Shown here: positions 14,401 through 25,299 of the stretch, in pieces | Layout of the letters: every line of letters begins with the position of its first letter | Position numbering within the stretch: the first letter of the stretch is position 1 | DNA from: Vicugna vicugna | Lineage: Eukaryota | Reading direction: 5' to 3' | Assembly: GCA_013265495.1 (NCBI GenBank) | Contig: MU058844.1 | Location: forward strand, 4,827,535-4,891,534 | Length of the DNA stretch: 64,000 bases | The notes under the pieces: model-generated | Database searches by the model: none | What the model was told of the DNA's origin: nothing | Seen by the model: the letters and a program-made list of their open reading frames with translations, nothing else | Position numbers and translations under genes: made by a program

Positions 14401-15039
14401 GATGCTGCTGAAGGTCCCCTGTGTCCCATCTCCTGAGGCTGTTACTATCTCTGTTCTCTTCCCTAACCTGAAACTCAGCCCTCTTTCTTTGTGTACACAA
14501 ATGCAACATAGAACAAATACCTTCAGAAGACGTTTGTATTTTGTTATGGTCTTCACCTAACATTTCAGATTAATGAAGGTATTTACTTCACAGCAATGGT
14601 AACTTCTTAGAATTAAAAACAGACATTGCCATCCTTAAACACCATTTGGTTAAGTCATCAGCATGAATTATGAGTTACTTACCTATATGCTCTAGTCTGA
14701 TGCCTGTCAGCCTGGTCTTTCTCTTCTCTCATCCCTCCCATCTTCTCTTTTCTCTATATTCTCCACTTTCCCCCAACTCCTAAGTTCTTAGTTATTTTTA
14801 TGCCATAAAAATAGGCATCTGATGCCAAACAATTCACTTCTTCTTTTAAACATAAGACCTAAATGCAGAAACCACCCATACATTCATTAATGACAATGGC
14901 AGAAGCTTCCAAATTATCTATTTTCAAGAGCGCATTAGAGAAGATCAGTTTTTATGGGCAGAACATAGGCAATAGAAGGGTTTATTGTCCCATTTACTGT
15001 CAACCCTGATATAATAGGGGTCGAGGGCAGTATATACAC

Positions 15040-15640
15040 TTCATTTATACATTTATTCAGCAAACAATTAATGAACTAATACTTATTCTGTCACAAAGAT
15101 AGGAAATTGAATACCAGGAATGCAAAATCCAATTGGATATAGCTTCTGTAGCCAAGGAATTCAGGAATTCCTATGAGAAAAAAGAGAGTAAAGAGGTAAT
15201 TACAATTAACATGGTGAGGTGGGATAAATTCAGAGCAACACACAGCAGAAAGAGAGACAGAAGCTGGTATGGAGTGTTGGACAGAACATACCTATACAAG
15301 ATGCAGTGAGATGAGGTGACAGTAGAGTCGGGGGAGGGTATCTTGAGGGAGACTACCCAGAAAAAAAGGTAAATCTGGATGATACCTCAAGAATGAGCTG
15401 GAATCATTAACGTGAAGGAAAGGTATTTAGAGGATTTCCAGAATAGAATACAAAATGAACAGATTTGTGGAGGAAGTGCTTGAGTGTAGGGTATATAAAG
15501 GAAGCGTTGGTTAGAGAAGGGGATAAAGGTGTGGGTGAGAGGCTATCATAAAAATTGTGTTGCCATATGTAAGGATTTTATTTTATAGTAAAGTTAAGAA
15601 AAATTATTGATGATTTGGAAGCAAGAGACTGAACAGCTCT
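15040..15640 (-). mobile_element. L2 fragment
   Basis: Begins with the antisense L2 tail (CATTTATTCAGCAAACAATTAATGA) and continues as purine-rich decayed L2. Confidence 0.6.
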
Positions 15641-17283
15641 TTTCCTCAAATATTTACCTTTATTGGAACTTAATGAAGAATATTTAGGGGAAAACTATAA
15701 ATGGAATACATACTATTTTTGATTCAACTATGCTTAAAAATATAAATACTGTTTTGAGAAGGAAATTTTTTCTGTATAAAAACCTAGCTTTTATGGCCAA
15801 GCATGACTGATGCAATAATTTCGTTTAGAAATCCACTTTGAAATAACTCAGGTCTCTGAATAAGCCAGGTGTCCTTTGTGAGGCTTCTTTTAGCTCTTTC
15901 TAGAGTGAATTTTTAAATGGAAAGTGACCTTGAGCTATGAAAACTCAAAACTTCAAAAAAAATCTACAAAGCCAACATTTGCATAAGAAGCAGTAATAAA
16001 ATCTATGCCCTAATTTTTCACATTCTTTCAAAATTTTTCTTATTTCACAAAAATACTTACTTCACTCAAATTATAATTTTCCACATTCTATGATAAATTC
16101 CTTTGAAACTATTTTATTTGGAACAAATCACCCATACATTCTTTTATGTGATTTTTTTTAAAGCTTTAGGATTAGAATTGGTAGAACCAATGCATAAATA
16201 ACTTGAAGATAGTCTTCATTTTCCATTCAGGTGATGATATGTTTGTAGAGAGAATGAAACCGTAGATTGATCAAACTATATAGCTAACAAATCATAGGTG
16301 CCAAGAGGCAAGTATATGCCAATAAAAGAAGTTAGTTTTATTTCAGAAATCTTTTCTCAAGCCTCCCAGTGCTTAGCCTCTCTTTGCAGCCTAGCACCTG
16401 TTAAAATGATGTGCCAAAGTGTAAATATTGGAGCACACAAAAATGCCTTTCATAGCCAAGACCTTGTGTCGTATTGCAACAGCTGGCTGTAGAACAAGTG
16501 ATCTAAAAGTCATTTGGAGTCTTGAAATCTGCTTTTATAGGGAAAATGTGCGAAGTCAGACAATGAACTGAATAAATGCTCTCTCATCAGGCCAAATTTC
16601 ATGCTGGGACTGAATAAGATAGATTTATTGCCATTTTCATTGAAACCAAGCAGATGAGATTTTGGGGAGAATGTTTTTTATCCATCCTTATAGCTAGGAT
16701 GAGTTTTATGCCATTCTTTTATCTGGGTTTTATTCCTATGGGAATAAACACACATTTTCCTTATTTTGTATTTCTTAAGTGAAAGAAAAGAATGCATTGG
16801 GGGAAAAGTTTTCCTAATAGATTTATTTGCCTGTTCTAGTTCTTTGCCTTTGTGAGGCTCTTTGTACAAATTAGTGAGGTTAACTGACCTTACCAGGAAT
16901 TACAACGAATTATGAATTTTTGAAGCTAGAACCAACTTTTAAATCATCCTCTCCAGTGATGTTTAAGTTATCCCAGGATGGCAGCCATTGTAGGGAAGTA
17001 TGAGTGGGTGAGGGTGACCAAGGACACAGTAATTGTAACTCTGAACTCCCAATACCACACTGAACAGGATAACTACCCTTGTGTCTGGTTGTTTTTTCAA
17101 ATTTGCTTTTCTGAGTGATCTGTCACAGAAATACTGTTTTAAAAAGAAATTACTGTTTCTAAAAACGATGTTTTAGGCTGTGTATCATTCTAATTTGAAA
17201 GATATGAATAATAAGAATATCTGACATCAATTCCAGTAATATTCATTCCAAATCTTTGTACTTGACATATTTTTCTTACCACT

Positions 17284-17854
17284 TGTAATTGGTAAATTTT
17301 ATGTGTCAAGTTGACTGGGCCACAAGTTGCTCATGTATTTGGTCAAATATTTTTCTGGGTGTGTCTGTGAGGGTGTTACTGGGTGAGATGAACATGTGAA
17401 TCAGCAGACTGAGTAAAGCAGAGTGCCCTCCCTAATCAGTAGAAGGTGACCCTCTTCCAATCAGTAGAAGGCCTGACAAGAACAAAAAGACTGAGTAAAG
17501 GGGAACTCCTCCTACCTGAGTGTCTTGAGCTGGGACATCAGTGCTTTTCTGACTTCAGACTCCAATGAAACATCATCTCTTCTCAGTACTCAAGCCTGTC
17601 AGTTTTCAGACTAGAACTTAACACTATCGACTCCCCTGGGTCTCAGGCCTTCAGACTCTGACTGGAACTACACCATTGACTTTCCTGGGTCTTTGGTTTG
17701 CCAGCTGGAGGTCCTGGGATTTTTCAGCCTCAATAATCACATGAGCCAATTCTTACCAAAAAAAAAAAAAAATTCTTCTTATAAATCTACACACATACAT
17801 ACACACACACACACCCTGTTGTTTCTGTTTCTGTGGAGAACCGTGACCAACACA
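17284..17854 (+). mobile_element. MLT2 solo LTR (ERV-L)
   Basis: TG...AATTTTATGTGTCAAGTTGACTGGGCCAC...TCTGTTTCTGTGGAGAACCGTGACCAACACA, with near-TSD CCACT/CCATT. Confidence 0.92.
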
Positions 17855-18260
17855 CCATTATTTAAGAAACCTATATTCCTTTCTCTTATAGTCAGTGACT
17901 TTTCCTCATTTTAATGTTACCTGTGCAGCTTCTGACTCATTATTTATGTTTTACACAATCTAAAAAAGAGAAAAAGTTCTCTCTAAACTCTGTCTCTTAT
18001 TATTATGTGGTGATGTCTGTGAAATAAGTATTTTTGAATTAACTTGGGTTATATACCCACCAACTGTTGTTACTAGTCTACAAGCAGATAATAGCTTGTT
18101 CCAGGAGAACATCACCCAAATCACTGAGCATACTCTATAGATCAAATGTCTTTTTTTTTTTATGAAAGAATTTTTTGATGTTGTTGATTACCTTCTTGAG
18201 CAATCTTCTTGTTTTTCTTTGTCTATGTTACATCCATATCGATAGTTTAGACCTATCTTC

Positions 18261-18261
18261 T

Positions 18262-18309
<48 letters not shown>

Positions 18310-18327
18310 CCTACCTACCTATCTATC
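18261..18327. repeat. (TCTA)n/(CCTA)n microsatellite
   Basis: Long, nearly pure TCTA run. Confidence 0.95.
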
Positions 18328-18439
18328 AGTCCTGGTGGGAGAAGAAAAGGCAGCCCCAAAAGAAAGTGAGATATACTGAATCAGAAGAGAAAAGCTATTC
18401 AGAACAGGCACCACCTCTCAAATAAACTACATATATATC

Positions 18440-18940
18440 CAGCAAACATAAATAAAATCAAATATCCATGAAAAGACATGGAGGAAACTTAGATGCATAC
18501 TACTAAGTGAAAGAGGCCAATCTGAAAAGACTAAATGCCGTATGATTCCAACTACATAACATTCTGGAAAAAACAAAACCAAAAACCAAATAACTGTTGT
18601 TGCCAGGGGTAGAGCTGAGAGTTGTGGGGTATTGAGTAGTTGGAGCACAGAAGAATTCTAAGGCAATGAAAGTACTCTGTATGGTACTATAATGGTAGAT
18701 ATATGTCATGATATGTTTGTGCAAACCCATAGAATATACAAACCAAGAGTAAAGTATGAACTTTGGGTAATTATTATGTGTCAATGTTAAGTTTATCAAC
18801 CATAACAAATGTACTACTCTGGAGGAGGATGTTGACAGTGGGGGAGCTATGCCTGTGTAGGGGCAGGGTTATATGGGAAATCTCTGTACCTTCCCTTCAA
18901 TTTTGCTGTGAATCAAAACAGCTCTAAAAAAGTCTTAATT
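18440..18940 (+). mobile_element. L1MC/MD-type 3' UTR
   Basis: CATGAAAAGACATGGAGGAAACTTAGATGCATACTACTAAGTGAAAGAGGCCAATCTGAAAAG...ATATGGGAAATCTCTGTACCTTCCCTTCAATTTTGCTGTGAA. Confidence 0.9.
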
Positions 18941-18949
18941 CAGAACCTC

Positions 18950-19820
18950 TGTGGTAGCTGTAGAAATCCAGAGATCGTCATTGTTGGCTTTTGGTGTATT
19001 TCATTCTCATTTTGTTTGTCTTGGGTTTCTTTCTGCATAGTTAATAACATACTATTTTATGTTATTTAGTAAAGTGTTTTATTATTTAAAACTGGCTACA
19101 TAACAATCCATTATATTATTGCATTATAATTTACTGAAATAATCTCCTGTCCTTAAATATTAAAGTAGTTTCTAAATTATATTTTTAGAAATAATGTTTC
19201 AATAAATAAATTTGTGTATGCCTATTTTTTTCCTTATTTGATTTTACTGTCTAGTATAGATGCCAAGAAGATGAATTACTTGGTCAAAGACTATAAATAT
19301 TTATAGAACTCTTGATTTCTAAATTGTTAGCCAGGTAGGTTATATAAATTCTAGGTGACATCTTGCATTATACTTACAAAGTACTTTTTTTTCTCTCCTT
19401 CCTTTCTTTCTCTCTCTCTCTCCCTCCCTTTCTTTCTTCCCTTTAAAAAAAAACTAATTTATTAGATGAAATATGGCATCCTTTTTTTTACTTGAAGATA
19501 TTTAATTCATTTAAACTGTTGAAATTGCATTACTGTGATCTTTTAGCCACAGTGTTTCTGTTTGTGAATTTGAGGTTCAGGTTCTTTGTTTTATCTTTGC
19601 AATGTCCATCCTTTTTTTGTTGTTGTTGTTTCCATTGTAATGACTCTCTAAATGATTAGGATACTGACATTTGCCTTCCAGTAATCTAGCATGTTTTCCC
19701 CAAGTTTGTGATTTATCTTTTAACTTTGTTCTAATGACAGAAGTTTGATATACTGGTGTTTTTATTTTTATTCAATCAATTTTATCAATATTTTATTTCA
19801 CGTTTTCTGCTTTGGGACTA
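18950..19820 (-). mobile_element. Decayed L1ME-type fragment
   Basis: T-rich strand with antisense L1 ORF2 C-terminal landmarks (AGAAGATGAATTACTTGGTCAAAG; CCCAAGTTTGTGATTTATCTTTTAACTTTG). Confidence 0.55.
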
Positions 19821-20926
19821 CTACATCATTTTCTTTTTCAGGTCTCTTGTTCCTCCTGTCTTCACGGGAGCACTTTTTTTTCTGAGAAGGGGAAGATGGG
19901 AGTGGAGACGGTGCAGCTTTTTGCAATAAATGCATTTACTTGTTGAAACAATACTACCAGTGTTGCAATGTGATACCACCAATTCCACTTGCCTTGTAGA
20001 ATGCTGTTTTTCCATGGGTCAAAGTCCCAGAATAAAAGATATCAAAGTCCCAGAATAAAAGATAGAATGACCTGTACTCTTGTATGCATATTTTGGCCAT
20101 CTTAAAAGCTGTATATAGAAGGACAGCTGCCCAGGTTTTTCTTTGTAACAGACCCTAGAATTCTAACCAGGAACAAAATACTGAAAAGGAGAAAGACGTC
20201 TATTAGGAGCTCTCAATTTCTCTTTTATATTGCAAGGAATGTGACATAATTGATACTCTAATTTCAGTTTCACAGATGTTACAATTGGTGGAATTTACTT
20301 CTGGGATCTGACAATTGTCTGGGTGTCTCTCAGTCTTACATTTGGAGTGTGTGTGTGTGTGTGTGTGTTTTCCTTTGAAATCTTCATCTGTATCTTAGTG
20401 GGAAATTGAAAGAGGCTGATTTATAGATTATTAATCAGATATAATTTTAAATAGAAAGTTATTTTATTTCTCTTTGTCTGACCAGCAGATGAGGTGTCTG
20501 GAAAATGTTTCCCTCTTCCTTGTTCCCTTGGTGGGTGTAGAATCTTGGTCTCAATCTATGGGAGAGCACATGACTGACAATGGGCTCTCTTTTCTTTTGC
20601 CCAGCAAGTCTCAGCTAGTGTAGCTCTGAAGGAACTATATAGACCTTTTCCTGTGCTACATGGCTTCTAACTCTTTAGATAGTTTTGTGTGTGAACAACA
20701 GTATATAAAACATCTTTGACCAAGAGTTGCTCAAGAAAGAACACAATCCTGCAAACATACTGTTCCTAGGATTCTTACGTCCTCCATCCTCTAATAAAGT
20801 GATTAAAAGAAGGTAACCTCAAATCAAAAGATAAGAATAAATCACTTCTCATCTCCCGTAACCATGCTGCCTATTGGGAGCTATATTCTCTTGATAGGCA
20901 GATGGCGAGATAGACAGACAGACAGA

Positions 20927-21406
20927 CAGATAGAGCTTCACTGATTTACAATAACATTATGTCCCAATAAACTCATCATAAATTGAAAATACTGTAAGTT
21001 GAAAATGCATTTAGCACACCTAATTTGCCGAACATCAGAGCCTAGTCTAGCCCACCCTAAATGTGCTCAGGACACTGCCATTAGCCTGCAGTTGGACAAA
21101 ATTAACTACCAGAAAGCCTATTTTATAATAAAGAGTTGAATGTCTCATATAATTCATTAAATACCTTACTGAAGGTGAAAACCAGAATGTTGGTATGGGT
21201 ACAGAATGATTGTAAGAATATTGGTTGTTTACCCTCAAGATCACATGGCTGACTGCATCTTGCTGCTGCTGCCCAGAATCTGGAGAGAACATTGCTTTAT
21301 GCATTGCTAATATGGGGAAAGTATTGTTTCTGCTAAACACATACTACTTTTGCACCATCATAAAGTCAGAAAATCTTAAATCAAACCATCACAATTCAGG
21401 GACCTC
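20927..21406 (+). mobile_element. MER6-type Tigger-family non-autonomous DNA transposon
   Basis: Matches recalled MER6 blocks (GTCCCAATAAACTCATCATAAATTGAAAAT...GAAAATGCATTTA; CATTAGCCTGCAGTTGG; AAAGCCTATTTTATAATAAAG). Confidence 0.8.
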
Positions 21407-23026
21407 TCTCTCTATATATTTCTATTTGTATATGTATAATATTATATATTATAATTACATATAATATATTTACATATGTATATATGATTTAAGGATATAA
21501 TACATGATTTTGGACCACACAGAAAGCAATAGCCTAGAGTAGGCTTATTATTTAGTTGCCTGACTGACATGATCCCATTTCTTCAAAATAAGGAGAAAAA
21601 GTTGGATGATGATATAGCATCATTCTTCCTTCTTTAGGATTTAGAGTGATTCCTATATTTGATCTCCACACACTGTAGGCACAAGTGTACAAATTTACTG
21701 TGTAATAGTAGCAACTGACAATTTGAATAGTTTTAGATAGAGCAAGGATAATTGCTGCATGCACACACATACACACACATACTTAAAGTAGTTAAAACAT
21801 CTGCTTGACTTTCCTCACAGTCATTTCTTTTCGCGCAAGAAATTATCTTCTGTTGTTTCAAAGCATTTGAGCATTGAGGTGTTCTGCTTAATTGAGTGTG
21901 ATGGTTAAAAAGAGCATCTACAGCTGGATTGCCAATTAAAAAAAATGGGCCACTGTATAATTCATACAGAATACATTAAACACAAACATAATGTTTGCTG
22001 AAACCATCATGTTCATCATTACTATTTTCCCAAGTACTTTTAATGTAGTAATTTAAATACTGGGAAACCAGTCTTATTTACATAGAGCTATGTGAAGCAA
22101 ATGACTAAATGGTACTTTTAAAAAATGCTATATAGCTTTCTTTTCTTTCTGGGCTAGCATGTTTCTATTATACAGTAGTCTCCAGTTTAGGAGATGATTG
22201 GTATCATCAGATCAGTTTTTAAGCATCTGAAAATACCTTTGGCAACACTTGTGATAACTTTGGTTCCAATTATTTATTGTGCTTGGTGCTTAAGAAATTA
22301 ATTTTTTGCAGAAAGTACAAAAATTTACACTCAATGTATGAATAAATATTAATATTTTACATTCCCTGAAGGCAGCTATAATTAGAAAAATATCTGAGTA
22401 AACTGAAATGTAGATAACAATTCCTTAGTTTTTTAAAAATGCAACTTGTTTGGTATTATTTACATATGACTATAAATGTTACTGGAATAAGTAACTTTTG
22501 TCTCTATTGATGCTGTAATCCATGTAGTTAAGCTGAGTTTATTAGGGGATGGTTTAATTAATTCAAAGTGGTACTAATGAGGCTGAGGTTATAAATTTAA
22601 TTTGTATGTAGGCCAGTGAGATTTTACACCAGGAAGGAAGAACTGTTTTATAGGCATACAACTATAACCATAATAGTATATTGTCCTGAATACATGACCT
22701 GATTCACATATCATGAAAATTATTAATAGAGTGCTAATTGTTTCTTTCCATCAAATTTGTAAATTTAAGAATAACATTTTGATATAAAATTGCTGATAAG
22801 TTTTTGAGCAGAAAAAGTATTGAATGAGAAAGGAGAATCATGGGTCAAAATCACTAATACAGGTGCACATTTCTAAATAAAATTATTAGCAAACTAAATC
22901 CAACAATGCATTAAAATACACACACACACACACATCATTCTTGATGGAAATATATTACACATTAAATGATCCAGATGGATCAGTTCATGGATATTGATGG
23001 CCACATATGAGCATGTCTCTTCGCTA

Positions 23027-24762
23027 CAGATATCCCATGCTCCTGGATTGGAAGAATCAATATTGTTAAAATGATCACACTGCCCAAGGCAATCTACAGA
23101 TTTAATGCAATCCCTATCAAATTACCCAGGACATATTTCACAGAACTAGAACAAATCATAAAATTTATATGGAACCACAAAAGACCTAGAATTGCCAAAG
23201 CTTTACACAAGAAAAACAAAGGGGCTGGAGGAATAACTCTCCCAGACTTCAGACAATACTACAGAGCTACAGTAATCAAAACAGCATGGTACTGGTATAA
23301 AAACAGACATATGGACCAATGGAACAGAATAGAGAGCCCAGAAATGAACCCACAAACTTTTGGTCAACTCATCTTCGACAAAGGAGGCAAGAATATACAA
23401 TGGAATAAAGACAGTCTCTTCAGCAAATGGTGTTGGGAAAACTGGACAGCAGCATGTAAAACAATGAAGCTAGAACACTCCCTTACACCATATACAAAAA
23501 TCAACTCAAAATGGATCAAAGACTTAAACATAAGACAAGATACAATAAACCTCCTAGAAGAAAATATAGGCAAAACATTATCTGACATACATCTCAAAAA
23601 TGTTCTCCTAGGACACTCTACCCAAGCAATAGAAATAAAAACAAGAATAAACAAATGGAACCTAATTAAACTTACAAGCTTCTGCACAGCAAAGGAAACC
23701 ATAAGTAAAACAAAACGACAACCTACAGAATGGGAGAAAATTTTTGCAAATGAAACCGACCAAGGCTTGATCTCCAGAATATATATGCAGCTTATACAAC
23801 TTAATAAGAAAAAAACAAACAACCCAATCCAAAAATGGGCAAAAGACCTAAACAAGCAATTCTCCAAGGAAGAAATACAAATGATCAATAGGCACATGAA
23901 AAAATGCTCAGTATCACTAATTATCAGAGAAATGCAAATCAAAACTACAATGAGGTATCACCTCACACCAGTCAGAATGGCCATCATTCGAAAGTCCACA
24001 AATGACAAATGCTGGAGAGGCGGTGGAGAAAAGGGAACCCTCCTACACTGCTGGTGGGAATGCAGTTTGGTGCAGCCACTGTGGAAAGCAGTATGGAGAT
24101 TCCTCAAAAGACTAGGAATAGACTTACCATATGACCCAGGAATCCCGCTCCTGGGCTTCTATCCAGAAGTAACCATACTTCACAATGACACCTGCACCCC
24201 AATGTTCATAGCAGCACTATTTACAATAGCCAAAACATGGAAACAGCCTAAATGTCCATCAACAGATGAGTGGATAAAGAAGATGCGGTATATTTATACA
24301 ATGGGATTCTATTCAGCCAAAAAAACTGACATTTGCAGCAAGATGGATGTTACTGGAGAATGTCATATTAAGTGAAGTATGCAAGAAAGAGAAAGAAGAA
24401 TACCATATGAGATCGATCATATGTGGAATCTAAAAAAAATAAATAAATAAATTCAAAACAAAACTAGACTCATAGACATAGAATGCAAACTTGTGGTTGC
24501 CAAGGGGGTGGGCGGAGGGAAGGGACAGACCGGGATTTCAAAATGTAGAATAGATAAACAAGATTATACTGTATAGCACAGGGCAATATATACAAGATCT
24601 TGTGGTAGCTCACAGCAAAAAAAAATGTGACAATGAAGATATATATGTTCATGTATAACTGAAAAATTGTGCTCTACACTAGAATTTGACACAACACTGT
24701 AAAATGACTATAACTCAATAAAAAATGTTTAAAAAAAGAATATGAAAACAAAACAAAACAAA
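23027..24762 (+). mobile_element. Young 5'-truncated lineage-specific L1 (about 1.7 kb) with 3' UTR and A-rich tail
   Basis: Starts at GATATCCCATGCTCCTGGATTGGAAGAATC, carries the 434-aa ORF2 C-terminal frame, an artiodactyl/camelid-type 3' UTR, AATAAA at about 24717 and an (AAAAC)n tail. Confidence 0.97.
23071..24375 (+). pseudogene. L1 ORF2p C-terminal region (end of RT-adjacent region and Cys-rich domain), 5'-truncated, non-autonomous
   Basis: [88 protein letters not shown] are L1 ORF2p motifs. The last residues diverge after a small deletion. Confidence 0.95.
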
Positions 24763-24776
24763 TCATTTCCTACATA

Positions 24777-25242
24777 CAGGCACACCTGTGGGTTTGGTTC
24801 CAGACCACTGCAAAAAAGCAAATATTGCAGTGAGGCAAGTCACACGGGTTTTTTTGGTTTCCTAGTGCATATAAAAGTTATGTTTGCACTATACTGTGGT
24901 CTAGTACATGTACAGCAGCATTATATCTAAAAAATGTACACACCTTAATTAAAAACTACTTGACTGCTAAAAAATGCCAAAGCAATTACAATACTAACAT
25001 CAAAGATCACTAATCACAGATTACCATAACATAATTAATGGTAATTACCATAACATAATAATGAAAACTTTTGAAATACTAAGATTATTACTGAAATGTG
25101 ACAAGAGACATAAAATGGACAAATGATATTAGAAAAATGGTACCAATAGAGTTGCTGGACTCAAGGTTGCCAGAAACCTTCAATTTGTTGAAAAACAAAA
25201 CAAAACACTATCTTTAAGGCACAGTAAAACAAGGTTTGCCTA
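24777..25242 (-). mobile_element. Internally deleted Tigger1 derivative (Tigger1a-like MITE)
   Basis: TA-flanked ends CAGGCACACC... and ...AAAACAAGGTTTGCCTA|TA. Both Tigger1 termini are joined, and it is homologous to 57270-57723. Confidence 0.9.
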
Positions 25243-25299
25243 TAATAATGTAAAATTCAAGGCAATCCGAGCTAGAATTTCACCACTTTTAAAATTTGC

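Noticed and set aside
14680..14830. Known muscle micropeptide genes (PLN, SLN, MRLN, DWORF) suggested by the MEF2-like motif
   Set aside because: I did not find their peptide sequences in the nearby frames I translated or in the ORF track.
16231..16300. C/D snoRNA candidate (GTGATGA box C)
   Set aside because: No CTGA box D at a suitable distance and no terminal stem.
23364..23942. 192-aa hydrophobic minus-strand ORF
   Set aside because: It is the antisense frame of L1 ORF2, a common artefact.
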